64,000 nt of DNA from an uncultured Porphyromonadaceae bacterium. GTDB lineage: Bacteria > Bacteroidota > Bacteroidia > Bacteroidales > UBA12481. This document shows, in pieces, positions 9,309 to 20,808 of the stretch. The notes below the pieces were generated by a model. That model searched no databases and had not been told where the DNA came from. It was given only the letters and a program-made list of their open reading frames with translations. Position 1 is the stretch's first letter. Each line of letters starts with the position of its first letter. The translations under genes were made by a program, and so were the position numbers. The stretch lies in NCBI GenBank assembly GCA_964465145.1, contig CAYXJR010000006.1:9702-73701 (forward strand), written 5' to 3'.

Positions 9309-10559
9309 ATGAATATGCTAAAATCAATGTATAGAATTCTTGTATTGTGTCTTTTAGCTTATTTAACGGCTTGTTCATACGATACCGATAAAAATAGTGA
9401 TGTTATCACAATTGATTTACTGGAAGCACTTAATAATACAAAAACCCTCAATCTAAGTGAACTTGTTGATGAAGTTGAATATGTCAAATTTGAAACTACC
9501 CCAGACTGTAGTTTTGGCCTAGCCCGATATTTGATAACAGACAATTACATTATTGTATATGAGCAATATAATCCTAAGATTTACATATTTGATCGCAATG
9601 GAAAATATATTCGCAAATTTGGAAAGGAAGGTAATGGCCCCGGAGAATTAAGTATTATCGAAAATATAATTGTTTTTCCTGCAGAAGATTACCTCATTGT
9701 CCATGACTTATCATTCAGAAAAATAATTAAATACCGTTTCAATGGTGAATTTTTAGAAGAAAAGAAATTTACCGTTCAAGGTGGTAATGATTTGGCGGGA
9801 ATATCAATGATTGGTCCAGAAAGATTTGCAATATTGTTTAAGCGACCAGTTACGGAACATAATAATTATCCATTGATTCAAATATGTAATAAGAGTTTTG
9901 AGATAGTTGAAAAACTTTATAATGTAAACAGTTCATCTTCTGAAGGTGCTTATTCTTCAAAAAGACATTCTTTTTATATAAAAAATGATAATATCCACTT
10001 CAGGGAATATTTCTTCGATACATTAAAGGAATATAATGGAGAGGTATTTATTCCCAAATATCATTTTTTCATAAAAGACAACAGGCCGGCATCCTACGCC
10101 CAGGACAGAAGTTCTCCCCCACAGTTTAATGAAATATGGCAACAATTTGAAATTGGAAAATATATTGTCTGTAATCTGGATATGCCAGGGGAAGAAGAAG
10201 ATGAGATTATAGGAAAGTGGATCTTTTTTGATAAACAAAATCAGAAGATGTTTACATTGACTGAACTTCCATGGTATATAAGGGAGTCTTCACTTGAACC
10301 GGCGATATATAATAATATTGACGGTATTTTTCACGTATATATGAATGATTACACAAATCATTTAAAAACTCATGTAACAGAGGACTTAATATATAAGGCA
10401 ACAGATATTATTGATTTAAAAACATATATAGAGAACAATCATCAATCAGACCATGAAGTGATTTTCCCGGAGAAACAAAAAGAACTAATAGATATGATTA
10501 AGAATAGTTCAGAAAACGATAATCCAATTCTGCAAATCTTCCACATAAAAACGGATTAA
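9309..10559 (+). CDS. 6-bladed beta-propeller lipoprotein (BF3164-like family), function unknown
   Basis: 416 aa with lipobox LTAC and the GKEGNGPGEL motif typical of this Bacteroidota family. Markedly AT-rich relative to its neighbours. Confidence 0.6.
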   Translation: MNMLKSMYRILVLCLLAYLTACSYDTDKNSDVITIDLLEALNNTKTLNLSELVDEVEYVKFETTPDCSFGLARYLITDNYIIVYEQYNPKIYIFDRNGKYIRKFGKEGNGPGELSIIENIIVFPAEDYLIVHDLSFRKIIKYRFNGEFLEEKKFTVQGGNDLAGISMIGPERFAILFKRPVTEHNNYPLIQICNKSFEIVEKLYNVNSSSSEGAYSSKRHSFYIKNDNIHFREYFFDTLKEYNGEVFIPKYHFFIKDNRPASYAQDRSSPPQFNEIWQQFEIGKYIVCNLDMPGEEEDEIIGKWIFFDKQNQKMFTLTELPWYIRESSLEPAIYNNIDGIFHVYMNDYTNHLKTHVTEDLIYKATDIIDLKTYIENNHQSDHEVIFPEKQKELIDMIKNSSENDNPILQIFHIKTD

Positions 10560-12796
10560 AACTCCAATACAATCTCTTCTCCGGCTGTCATTTCAAATTC
10601 GTCAATTGATTTCTTGTCCAAAGGATCCAGTAGTTTGCACCAACCATCAACCGTAGCTTTGACGGTAACTGAAACTACCTTGCCTTCCTTCATTTCGGCT
10701 GATACCAGGAAACCTCCTTCCGTTCTGAGTGTTTGGAAGGAAAGGTTTTGCCATTCCCTTGGTATAGACGGGAATATCCTGATAATTCCGGTATGAGATT
10801 GAATCAACATCTCCTGGATACCCGATGCAAAAGCGAAATTTCCTTCCAAAGTAAAAGGCCTGTACAGGAATTTTGATTTGCCAGCTTTGCATTGATCACC
10901 ATTCACATGAAAACTGCTTTTTAAACAGAAACAATTTGCAAAATCCCTGAGTGCGGCTGCCGCTTTTTCACCATCAAAGGCACGGGCATACAAATTCCCC
11001 AACCATGAATATGAATACCCTGTCCACCAATCCGGACCATATTTCTCCAGGCTAGCCAGGGTATTTTTAATAATCTCCTGATCCTCCGGGCCATTTCCCC
11101 AATCGATTAATCCCAGTGGATGCCATGCCATGAGATGGGAAAAATGGCGATGACTATTTGCATATGGCTCCCCTGGAGCAAAATTTAAACCCGTATCATC
11201 TATTGAATAATCGGGCCATTGATCGAGTACCTCTTGCCAATGTTCAGCATCTTTGCTTTTACCCAATTCAACGGCCATTTCGGCAGCTTTCGAAAAAGCA
11301 AAGTGAATAAGGGCCAGGTCGAAATTAGTGGTTTGAGAGAACCATGCTTGTCTGGAATTATCGTGAATCTCGGGTGATGAACTGAGCGGCAGTTTTCTTT
11401 TCCCTGCCTCATCCCAAACGGAGAACTCCTCCAGGAAAGTGGCCACATCACGGAGCCAAGGGTAAGCACGGGTTTCGAGAAATTCCCTGTCACGGGTATA
11501 TCGCCAGTGCAGGTAAAAATGCTGGCCAAGCCAGGCACTCACAGTGGGACCGCAGGAATATTGAATCCATCCTCCCATTGGCTCCCCCTCCAGAGTACTA
11601 ACACCTGGAACATTAAGGCCATTGGCCCCGAAATACCTCTTGGTATATTTTTCAGCCACCGGCTTGATTTCCCATAGCCAGTTTAGGAAACCTATTTCCA
11701 AATCCAGATGATTGCCACTGTATGCCGGCCAGTAACTCAACTGAGTATTCAGATCATGGTGAAAATCCCCTTTCCATGGGGGCATCCTTCCATTGTCGGC
11801 CGTCCAAACCGCTTGCAAGGAAATAGGAGGGGTATTGGAGCGAGCTGCTGAACCAAATTTGTATTGTTCCAAATACCATTGCTTTTCCAGTAAGGCATCC
11901 GGGATATTAATAGCTGATTTCGACCAGAACTCATCCCACCATGCCCTGTGATTTTTTAAGGACTGAGAGTAATCATTCTGCTCCTTTAAAACAGCCCCGG
12001 CATCCGGAATCCCCTTATTATGAGACAGGCTTGTCGACATCGACCATGAACCCTCGATACCTCCCCTGGAGTTTTTCCATTGAACTTTAACATCATAATA
12101 AAAATCACCCCAGCCCTTTTGATGATAGCTGATTTCATTGTTGCCGGCCAACACATTCCCCTGCTCATATCCCAGTCGTGTCAATTCCTGACCAGTTACC
12201 TCATCCACCATTTCATTTACCCCCTCTTTCTGATAAACTGGCGGAATAAGAGATATTTTTATGCCATCCAGAGGTCCTGAAAATTTAAACCACCCTATAG
12301 ATTGATCAGCCTGGATGAATGTTTCCAGCTCAATCCCATTTGCCCATTGAACCACACATCTTGCATCACTAAGGTTAAGTTCGGCCTTTACCACCGAATC
12401 CATACCCGGGAATTCAAATTCAAGGGCAGCCCCGGGAATTTTTGATGGAGCAATGCTTTGTGAATAGGCACCCGTATCAAACAAAGCTTGTACTTTGCCG
12501 TAATCGTCCTCCTCCCATTTCCTATACACCCAGTCGAAGCTAAATTCATCCTGAGACAGGTAGGAGATTGGCCGTAAATCCCAAAGGTCGGCACGGTCGA
12601 GAGAGAAACGTAAACGGCCTTCTTTTTGCCAGACCAAAGAACCCATTATACCATTTCCCAGAGGAATCGCTTCATCCCAAACAGTAGCCAATTCGGTAAA
12701 AAGTAAATTATGCCCCTGTTCGGGTCCTGGCTGATCGGATACCATGTTACATCTAACCAAAACTAATAGGACAATAAAAGGAATAATTATTTTCAT
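10556..12796 (-). CDS. glycoside hydrolase, GH95-like (alpha-L-fucosidase-type N-terminal domain)
   Basis: WDEAIPLGNGIMGSLVWQKEGRLRFSLDRADLWD matches the GH95/Glyco_hyd_65N_2 N-terminal signature. The ATG at 12796 gives the signal peptide MKIIIPFIVLLVLV. The ORF is open to 12829. Confidence 0.6.
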   Translation of the reverse strand: MKIIIPFIVLLVLVRCNMVSDQPGPEQGHNLLFTELATVWDEAIPLGNGIMGSLVWQKEGRLRFSLDRADLWDLRPISYLSQDEFSFDWVYRKWEEDDYGKVQALFDTGAYSQSIAPSKIPGAALEFEFPGMDSVVKAELNLSDARCVVQWANGIELETFIQADQSIGWFKFSGPLDGIKISLIPPVYQKEGVNEMVDEVTGQELTRLGYEQGNVLAGNNEISYHQKGWGDFYYDVKVQWKNSRGGIEGSWSMSTSLSHNKGIPDAGAVLKEQNDYSQSLKNHRAWWDEFWSKSAINIPDALLEKQWYLEQYKFGSAARSNTPPISLQAVWTADNGRMPPWKGDFHHDLNTQLSYWPAYSGNHLDLEIGFLNWLWEIKPVAEKYTKRYFGANGLNVPGVSTLEGEPMGGWIQYSCGPTVSAWLGQHFYLHWRYTRDREFLETRAYPWLRDVATFLEEFSVWDEAGKRKLPLSSSPEIHDNSRQAWFSQTTNFDLALIHFAFSKAAEMAVELGKSKDAEHWQEVLDQWPDYSIDDTGLNFAPGEPYANSHRHFSHLMAWHPLGLIDWGNGPEDQEIIKNTLASLEKYGPDWWTGYSYSWLGNLYARAFDGEKAAAALRDFANCFCLKSSFHVNGDQCKAGKSKFLYRPFTLEGNFAFASGIQEMLIQSHTGIIRIFPSIPREWQNLSFQTLRTEGGFLVSAEMKEGKVVSVTVKATVDGWCKLLDPLDKKSIDEFEMTAGEEIVLEF

Positions 12797-12973
12797 GAGG
12801 ATATAGAATTGATTGGCTGCAAGATACAAAAAAAGTGTTTTTCATTAGTCTTGGGTCCTGCCTCTTTATGGCTATATTTGGAATAGTATAAATTATCTGC
12901 AATTAGTAATACAAAGCACTGAATATTTGACTATTGTCATTTAAGCCACAATAAAAATCAAAATAATAAAATA

Positions 12974-13351
12974 ATGGAAATACCGGGAAAGAAATTCTCA
13001 ATAATCGCCCGTATCCGAAGTTTCAAATATGCTTTCAGGGGATTCATTCATCTTTTCCGTGACGAACACAATACCTGGATCCATGCTCTTGCAACGATTG
13101 TGGTGACTATAATGGGCTTTGCATTTAAAATCTCCAGCATAGAATGGATTATGATTCTAGCCGCTATAGCACTGGTGTTTATAACTGAACTAATCAACTC
13201 ATCCATCGAAAAGATAGTCGATCTTGTCCAGCCCGAACAAAATCCTCTTGCAGGTAAGGTAAAGGATTTAGCAGCCGCAGCTGTTCTTGTTGCTTCAATA
13301 ATAGCGTTAGTAATCGGGCTAATCATTTTTGGACCTAAAATATTCAGTTAA
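12974..13351 (+). CDS. dgkA: diacylglycerol kinase
   Basis: 125 aa with three TM segments and the conserved ELINSSIEKIVDLV motif. Confidence 0.85.
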   Translation: MEIPGKKFSIIARIRSFKYAFRGFIHLFRDEHNTWIHALATIVVTIMGFAFKISSIEWIMILAAIALVFITELINSSIEKIVDLVQPEQNPLAGKVKDLAAAAVLVASIIALVIGLIIFGPKIFS

Positions 13352-13404
13352 AAAATTATCTAAACTATTTATCTTCGCTCTATCACTCTAAATCATTTAA
13401 AAAT

Positions 13405-16209
13405 ATGAAAACAGCTTCAAAAATTCACACCCTGCTTGTGGCGATCCTGATTAGCATATCAGCAAACTCCCAGATAACCACCACTTTCCCTTTATCGCCG
13501 GATGTTAGGCATGGGGTACTCGAGAATGGGATGAATTATTATATCTTGCATAATGAAGAGCCAAAAGAAAGGGCCAGCTTCTTTTTTGTTCAGAATGTTG
13601 GAGCAATACTGGAGGAGGATAATCAGAACGGGCTTGCCCATTTCCTGGAACATATGGCTTTTAATGGCACCAAACATTTTGAGGGAAAGGGGATTATCGA
13701 CTTTCTCGAGAAACACGGGGTGCGTTTTGGATACGATATAAATGCTTACACCTCCCAGGACCAAACCGTATATAATCTCAGCAATATACCGATAAATGCC
13801 GGTGAGGGGCTCTTGGATTCATGCCTGTTAGTGCTTCATGATTGGTCGGGTTACCTGTTGTTAGAAGCCGAAGAAATTGAATCGGAACGTGGAGTAATCC
13901 ACGAAGAGTGGAGAACACGCAGGAATTCGCAATTCCGATTGAATATGCAGACCAGCAAGGTCCTTTTTAAGGATTCCAAATATGCTATAAGGGATGTAAT
14001 TGGGGACCTGGAGGTTATCGATAACTTCGACCACGAGACTCTCCGTGACTACTATAAGATGTGGTACCGGCCAGACCAACAGGCGGTGGTGGTTGTGGGT
14101 GATATTGATTTAGATGGGGTCGAATCCAAAGTGAAAGAATTATTCTCTTCGATCCCACTTAGGGAAAACCTGCCGGAAAGAAAATATTTTACTATTCCAG
14201 ATAATGATGAGTTACTTTTCTGCAAGGCCACTGACCCCGAGGCCCAATTTATGGCCATCATTTTGTTTTCTAAACATTTGGCTCCTGTTATCAGGGACGA
14301 GCAGACTTACCGGAATGAGATGGTAATAAATCTTTACACATCAATGATAAATACACGCTTCAGGGAACTATTGCAGGACCCTGAAAGCAACAGCCTGATG
14401 GCAATGACTGCTTTTATGCCTTTAACCCGGCTTATGAATGGATTTGTTCTCCAGGCAATACCTAAGGAAGGGAAAGGCAAAGAATCCCTGAAAGAGGTTG
14501 TTACTGGTGTTGAAAGGGTAAAAAGAGACGGTTTTGCCGAGGGTGAGCTTGAGCGAATCAAACTCCAAATGACCAGTCAGTATGAGAACTTCTACCAAAA
14601 CAGGGAGGAGATCACCCACGACAACTGGGCCACACAGCTGGGGAACCATTATCTAAAAGGGGAACCGGTTTTTAATCCTAAAACCGAGTATGAACTGGCC
14701 AAAGAGACTCTTGCATCCATAAGCCTTGATGAGGTTAATGCCATAGCCAATAGTCTCCAAATTGAGAACAATCAGATATTACTTTTGACTGGTCCCGATA
14801 AAGAAGGAATGGTTTACCCATCCAGGGAGGAATTAGAGGGAGTGATAGCGGAGGTCACTTCGGCCAGCATTGAAAAATATGAGGACAATATTGGTTCCGA
14901 ACCCCTGGTAAGCAGTGATCTTCCAGGCAGCGAAGTGGTGGATCAATTCACTTTACCCGGACTGGAGGCCAAAGGTTATGTTCTTGGCAATGGGGCCAAA
15001 GTAGTTATGATGCCAACTGAGCATGCGAAGGATGAGATCCTATTCAGTGCCTTCAGTTATGGAGGTTCTTCCCTGCTATCCGATGAAGATCTGCCCTCAG
15101 CAAATATTGCCACTACTATTGCCACACAATCAGGCATCGGGGAATTTGACATGATACAGCTGCAAAAGAAACTAACAGGTAAGATCGTAAGAATAAATCC
15201 TTCATTGAGCGAATTAACAGAGGGCTTTTCAGGTTCCTCCAATAAAAAAGACCTGGAGACTCTTTTACAACTATGCTACCTGAGTTTTGAGAAACCGCGC
15301 TTTGATGAAAAAGCTTACCAGGTTTTTGTCAGTCAGCTGGAGACTATTATGAGTAATCTGAAAGCCGACAATAATCAAGCCTTGCGGGATACTATTTCTC
15401 AGGTTTCATCCAATTATAGCTCAAGAACTTTTCTTCTTGATGATGAGTTTATGAATAAAATCGATTTTAAAAAGATTGAAGAAATCTATAAAGACCGATT
15501 CCGGAATGCAAGTGATTTTACCTTCATTTTGGTTGGGAATCTGGAAGTGGACAAGGTATTGCCCCTGATCCTGAAATATATCGGCAGTATTGGAACAACG
15601 GGCGAAACTGAAACCTTTGTGAATCATAATATCGGTCCTGCAAAAGGAGAATCGGTAGTGCATTTTGAACGGGAGATGTCGGTACCAAAAACAACAATTT
15701 ATACAAGCCTGACAGGCAAGATGAAATACAGCAGGAAAAATCAACTTTGCGTTTCTACCATCGGCAAATTGTTGGATAAAAGGTATATGGAAACTATTAG
15801 GGAGGAAGAAGGCGGAACATATGGAGTTAGTGTAGGTGCCTCTCTTCAGCGAATCCCAGAACCAGAATTTAGTCTGGTAATTCAATTTGATACCGATCCC
15901 GGGAAGAAGGAACACTTGCTGGGTATTGTCAGGAATGAAATCGAAAAGCTAAAGAAAAATGAACCGGATGCAGGTGATCTTGACGAAGTTAAGAAATCCC
16001 TTATCAAATTAAGGCTGGAACAGCTCGATAAAAACCAATTCTGGTTAGGCCAAATTCGTCAAAGCCTGATGTATGATGAAGCTTATTTATCAATGAGTGA
16101 ATATGAATCCCTGGTAAATTCTATCAGCGGACAGGATATAAAAAAGGCAGCAAAGAAGATGTTCACCAAGGCGGATATGGTTGAGGTAATTATGAATCCG
16201 GATAAATAA
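13405..16209 (+). CDS. M16-family zinc peptidase (pitrilysin/insulinase-like), secreted
   Basis: 934 aa with a signal peptide and the inverted zinc motif HxxEH in GLAHFLEHMAFNGT. Confidence 0.85.
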   Translation: MKTASKIHTLLVAILISISANSQITTTFPLSPDVRHGVLENGMNYYILHNEEPKERASFFFVQNVGAILEEDNQNGLAHFLEHMAFNGTKHFEGKGIIDFLEKHGVRFGYDINAYTSQDQTVYNLSNIPINAGEGLLDSCLLVLHDWSGYLLLEAEEIESERGVIHEEWRTRRNSQFRLNMQTSKVLFKDSKYAIRDVIGDLEVIDNFDHETLRDYYKMWYRPDQQAVVVVGDIDLDGVESKVKELFSSIPLRENLPERKYFTIPDNDELLFCKATDPEAQFMAIILFSKHLAPVIRDEQTYRNEMVINLYTSMINTRFRELLQDPESNSLMAMTAFMPLTRLMNGFVLQAIPKEGKGKESLKEVVTGVERVKRDGFAEGELERIKLQMTSQYENFYQNREEITHDNWATQLGNHYLKGEPVFNPKTEYELAKETLASISLDEVNAIANSLQIENNQILLLTGPDKEGMVYPSREELEGVIAEVTSASIEKYEDNIGSEPLVSSDLPGSEVVDQFTLPGLEAKGYVLGNGAKVVMMPTEHAKDEILFSAFSYGGSSLLSDEDLPSANIATTIATQSGIGEFDMIQLQKKLTGKIVRINPSLSELTEGFSGSSNKKDLETLLQLCYLSFEKPRFDEKAYQVFVSQLETIMSNLKADNNQALRDTISQVSSNYSSRTFLLDDEFMNKIDFKKIEEIYKDRFRNASDFTFILVGNLEVDKVLPLILKYIGSIGTTGETETFVNHNIGPAKGESVVHFEREMSVPKTTIYTSLTGKMKYSRKNQLCVSTIGKLLDKRYMETIREEEGGTYGVSVGASLQRIPEPEFSLVIQFDTDPGKKEHLLGIVRNEIEKLKKNEPDAGDLDEVKKSLIKLRLEQLDKNQFWLGQIRQSLMYDEAYLSMSEYESLVNSISGQDIKKAAKKMFTKADMVEVIMNPDK

Positions 16210-16243
16210 ATTATCCAGATTCAACAAACCTTTGCCAGGAACC

Positions 16244-18463
16244 TTATTGGATAGTTATTTCATCGCAAAACAACCAGGCTTTGCCGCCTTCACCTGCATG
16301 GCCTTTAGGGCAGTTCCCCATTGATTTAGCAGTGATCCGGACAAATCTAAACTGATTTTGTCCGGACACTCCAAACTCCCTGTGTTTTGCACTCGAAAGG
16401 TCCCAGAATTCTGAGTTTTTTTCTCTGCCCCAAACCTTGTAGTTTTTACCGTCAGTGCTAACCTCAAAGGTGACTTCTGTTGGAGGGAAAATCCAGCTGC
16501 CCTGATCATGAATAAAATCGGCGGAAGCCTTGCTAAAACTCTTTGTCTCATTGTAATCAATTGTCACAATCATATCTTCTCCTTCCCAGCCCAGCCATTC
16601 TCCTCCGGAAAAATCGAGTGATCCTTTTCTGCCATCCAGGAGTGTCAACTGATCCTTGCCAGGATATTTAGGGCTTGGAGGATATTTGTAACGAATAGAA
16701 AATGTTGCTTTGGTATATGTTCCTTGACGAATAAAACTTGGAACACCGCAGTGATCAATAGCCACGGCAAGAAGATTTGTCGATTTATTGAAGGACAATG
16801 GTTTGGTGTATTTCAAGCTATAGATATTTGGATCACTGCCATCAATGGTATAATAAATTTGATTACCCTCTTCAGGTGTGCTCATATCTACCTGAACCTC
16901 CTCAGAAAAAGCTCCACCAGCCGGATTAATTGTTAACTGAGGCATCCTTTTATAAAGTCCAAAAAAGCTGACAGTTGGAGTCCAGCGTGCCTGAAGAAGC
17001 CTCAGCCTGACTTTTTGAGCTGTTTGTGGCGAGAAACGCAGCATTCGCTTGTTTCCTATTGTGGTACTCCGGGTAATCTCTTTCCAACGTTCACCCGTCC
17101 ATATCTCAAGGGAGAACTGCTCTACCCTTTGGCCGAGTTCAATATTTTCCTGAATTACCAGACAATCAAAGGTTTTTTCCATGCCCATATCGAACTCCAA
17201 ATCAGCCTCGGTAACACCTTTCTTTGCCATCCAGTATTTTTCCCGGCCAGGTATGAATATTCCGGCAGGAGAATGCCCGGAGGAGGAGGAAGTAGATTTT
17301 AATGAAGCGTTTTCAAGAATATTATCTGTGAATATTGCATCCCGGATCTTCTTGAACTCCATCAATGTTTTAACATCATTTTCATTGATCAGGCCCTCTT
17401 TATCCGGTGGTACATTCAATAGGAGCAAAGAATTGCGCCCCACCGAGCTGAACCAGATATCTAATAATTTCTCAGGGGTTTTAACTAATTCATCCTGGGC
17501 AGGATGATAGAACCATCCCGGACGAATAGAAACATCCACTTCTGAAGGATACCAAACCAAAGATTGGGCTTTAAAAATTTTGCTTCTGCTACCAAGATCA
17601 GAACCCATTTTATCCCCCATTGGGATATATACCCCATCGGTTTCAGCCTGCTGTGAATTATCGGCAATGCCTTCCGTATCAGTATATTCATGTGGAACAA
17701 CCGACCATTCCATTACTCTCCCGTACCCGGATTCGGTACCCACCCAACGAACATCAGTGCCCATAATAGCGATAACAGCCTGAGGCTGCAATTCCCGAAT
17801 GGTTTTGAAATATCTCAGCCAATCATAAACTTGCTTTTTCCCATTTGGCCCTTCTCCACAAGCCCCATCAAACCAAACTTCATCAACAACTCCATAATTG
17901 GTTAACAGTTCAGTGAGCTGATTCACAAAAAAATCATTGTACTGTTCGGTACCATAACTTTGCTCGTGACGATCCCATGGGGATAGATACACACCAAACT
18001 TCATCCCGGCCTGTTGACAGGCATCAGACAAGGCTTTTACCACATCTCCCTGTCCATTAAGCCATGGAGAACTTTTTACGCTATGATCTGTCATGGCAGA
18101 GGGCCACAGACAAAATCCATCGTGGTGTTTTGCAGTAACAATTAACATTTTCATTCCGGCCTCAACAAAGGTGCTTACCCATTGCCTGGCATCGAAATTC
18201 CTGGGATTGAAAACAGCGGGATCCTCACTCCCCTACCCCCATTCACGGTCGGTAAAAGTATTAACCCCGAAATGGCAGAATGCTGTGAACTCCAGATCCT
18301 GCCATGCCAGCTGACGCTCGGAGGGTGTAACGTGGGCTGCCTTCCTGATGATCTCCCCGGGACTCTCTCCAGGTTCAATCACAACAAAATTATTACTCTG
18401 GTATTTTTCCTGGCAGCCCCAAAGAAGAGATGCTGAAAGCAGAAAATAAATCAATTTCTTCAT
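16244..18463 (-). pseudogene. GH29 alpha-L-fucosidase with F5/8-type C-terminal domains, interrupted by one in-frame TAG
   Basis: The N-terminal ORF (signal peptide, lipobox [30 protein letters not shown]) ends at TAG 18233-18235. The same frame continues GSEDPAVFNPRNFDARQWVSTFVEAGMKMLIVTAKHHDGFCLWPS into the 636-aa ORF. Confidence 0.8.
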
Positions 18464-18470
18464 GGTATTC

Positions 18471-20759
18471 CTATTTAACAATGATTTCATCAGTAAAGAT
18501 CCATGCCGGACTGCCGCTTCCCGGGTGCCAGGTAGGGCATTTCAGATAACTATCAGTTTTAAGTTTTAAGTACTCAATTTTTATAGGGGGATTAAATTTG
18601 GCTGTAAATTCCTGGACATTAACACCCTGGGCCTTTTGATCTTGTGTATTCGGAATTTCAGCCAGTAAAGTCCAGTTTTTATTATCCTCAGAGCCATAGA
18701 AGCTAACCATATCTGGAAAAAACACCCAGCTTCTAACATCCTGCAGCCAGCTGCTACTCACATATTTCACCTCCATCCTGTTCCCAAAATCGATGGTGGC
18801 TTCATATTCCTGGCCCTCAAATCCCAGCCAATTATAGCTAAATGTCAATTGCGGACCACGCAGTCCATCTGTTAACATAGCTATATTTCCGTTAGCATAT
18901 TTTTCACTGGCAGGTGAAGTAAGGGTAGTAGTTTTTTCATAAGCCAGATGTTCCTGCATATCGATCTCCCAGGTTCTCTCCAGGCTTGCCAGGTATTCAG
19001 ATGGTGTTGTGTTCCATTCTTTGAACCTTGTGACTCCCTGCTTATTGGCCCTTTCAACAAGAGCTTTGGCGGTAATTGGAATGATTTCGCGGACCATCCA
19101 CCGACCCGACTCATCCTTTACATACATCCCCCCGGGTGAGGTTCCCAGCCGCAAGGCTATTTCAACTTTCGCATATTCCAGGGGCATCCTGGCAATTCTC
19201 ACTCTTTCTAAAACCTCAGGATCATTTCTGACTGCCTTCTCTGCTTTATCAAAAATCTTCTCATACTCATTCAATTTATCCGGACGGAGCCAGGTTTGAC
19301 CGGCATTGGCAGGGTGGCCAAATATATTAAGGGGTTGGCCCGAGAGCGCCAGCTCGTCATGGATATTATCAATGTACTGACGTATGTATTTGCCAGCCTT
19401 ATCATAATATCCATTTAGGAAATCATCCATGACCTGGTCTATATTCAGATAGGGATCCCAAAGAAGCTTTGCAATTAGGTATCCTCTCAATTCAGCAAAT
19501 TCTCCCCCTACTTCCCTGTTAGCCTGCTGAAAATGCTTGTCGACATGATTTTCAACAAAATACTGCAGGTTGGGCTGCAAAACCCTGAGATTGGGAAAGG
19601 GACTTACAAGATTTTCAAACTGAATCACATAATCCCATAATAGAATATCATCCGTGATTTTTGCCCAATCCTCGAGGTCTTTTCGAAAAGAGGCTGAAGT
19701 GGGGTCATCCCGGATGGGTATACTTCTGTTTAATTCAATTGTGCACAACATGATATTTACATTAGCGGCAGGCTTTATACTTTTTGGTGCCTGCCGGGAA
19801 TATTGGTATGCCAGGGTTGAAATCACTTTATCAGGAAACTCACCGGCAATCCGGTTAATGAATTTTAGCAGAGACCCCATGGGTGTACCTTCTGCTTCAT
19901 CAATTTTCCTGCATTCATCACATTGGCAATAGGATACATTATCATTCTGACTAACCGACCAATAGGTTAGATCCGGTTGGTCATCCATGGCTTTACGAAG
20001 GTTTTTGAGGGTGATCTCAAACACATCTGGATTGGAAAGGCAGAGCTGTGTGGGTATCCGGGTGCCCTTAACCTCTGCATAGTATTCTGGATGCTCCTGG
20101 AAGAATTCCTCAGGAGGTACCAAAGTGTTAAAACTATGGCACCAATATCCCCAATCGGGATGACCCCCATCCTTATTATTATCAAGTTTATGCCAATCGG
20201 GAAAGGCTGTATTCCAAGTATCTCTATAGTGTGTTGACCTGAATTTAATAGGAGGATTATACAGCAGGTCAATTGATGCCGGAATCTCAAAACTTTTCCT
20301 CTCTGGTGTTGATTGAACACTTGAACTATAAACCCTGACTCCCAGATAATCCTCAAGGAAGCTTGTTGCTCCATACAAAGTCCCATTGTCGGACCCGCCG
20401 TAAATAAATAGCTTATCACCGATGGTCATAAGCCTGTATCCGTCCTCTTCCAGAACTTCAGGAGATTCTTCTATATAATCAACTTTCCTATTCGTGGGGC
20501 CAAGGCAGATCTCGTAATCGGTAACAGGTTCCCTATCCCTCATGATAGGAAGTTTAACCCCTGTAGATGAATGAACATAACGCTGCAATAATGATGCAGC
20601 CTTCAGTTCACTCATTTTGGCTTTGGAAGGCAGGATGATATAGTATTCACTTTCATGCCGGTCAACAATCTTCAATTTCTTCTTACAGGATGTTGTAAAG
20701 CCTATTAAAGCAAAGATTATCAGGCCAATAGAAAGCGTTCGGGCAAAGGTAAATTTCAT
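18471..20759 (-). CDS. DUF4838-type glycoside-hydrolase-like lipoprotein with C-terminal F5/8 type C domain
   Basis: The ATG at 20759 gives signal peptide and lipobox ([10 protein letters not shown]). Motifs include [38 protein letters not shown] and [11 protein letters not shown] stop lies 7 nt before the GH29 ATG. Confidence 0.6.
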   Translation of the reverse strand: MKFTFARTLSIGLIIFALIGFTTSCKKKLKIVDRHESEYYIILPSKAKMSELKAASLLQRYVHSSTGVKLPIMRDREPVTDYEICLGPTNRKVDYIEESPEVLEEDGYRLMTIGDKLFIYGGSDNGTLYGATSFLEDYLGVRVYSSSVQSTPERKSFEIPASIDLLYNPPIKFRSTHYRDTWNTAFPDWHKLDNNKDGGHPDWGYWCHSFNTLVPPEEFFQEHPEYYAEVKGTRIPTQLCLSNPDVFEITLKNLRKAMDDQPDLTYWSVSQNDNVSYCQCDECRKIDEAEGTPMGSLLKFINRIAGEFPDKVISTLAYQYSRQAPKSIKPAANVNIMLCTIELNRSIPIRDDPTSASFRKDLEDWAKITDDILLWDYVIQFENLVSPFPNLRVLQPNLQYFVENHVDKHFQQANREVGGEFAELRGYLIAKLLWDPYLNIDQVMDDFLNGYYDKAGKYIRQYIDNIHDELALSGQPLNIFGHPANAGQTWLRPDKLNEYEKIFDKAEKAVRNDPEVLERVRIARMPLEYAKVEIALRLGTSPGGMYVKDESGRWMVREIIPITAKALVERANKQGVTRFKEWNTTPSEYLASLERTWEIDMQEHLAYEKTTTLTSPASEKYANGNIAMLTDGLRGPQLTFSYNWLGFEGQEYEATIDFGNRMEVKYVSSSWLQDVRSWVFFPDMVSFYGSEDNKNWTLLAEIPNTQDQKAQGVNVQEFTAKFNPPIKIEYLKLKTDSYLKCPTWHPGSGSPAWIFTDEIIVK

Positions 20760-20808
20760 GTTTCGAAAAGTTGGAAAGATAACATTCGAAAATACTAAAA
20801 TAAACGAA

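Noticed and set aside
18233-18235. Genome-wide TAG reassignment (an alternative genetic code) as the explanation for the two in-frame TAG codons
   Set aside because: TAG ends at least six well-supported genes at sensible C-termini in this window, including leuB, DUF4838, the acetylesterase and the SSS transporter. No tRNA with a CUA anticodon is present here. Other genes in the window carry TAA or TGA stops and frameshift lesions, so ordinary decay or sequencing error is more parsimonious. It is kept only as a low-probability item to test.
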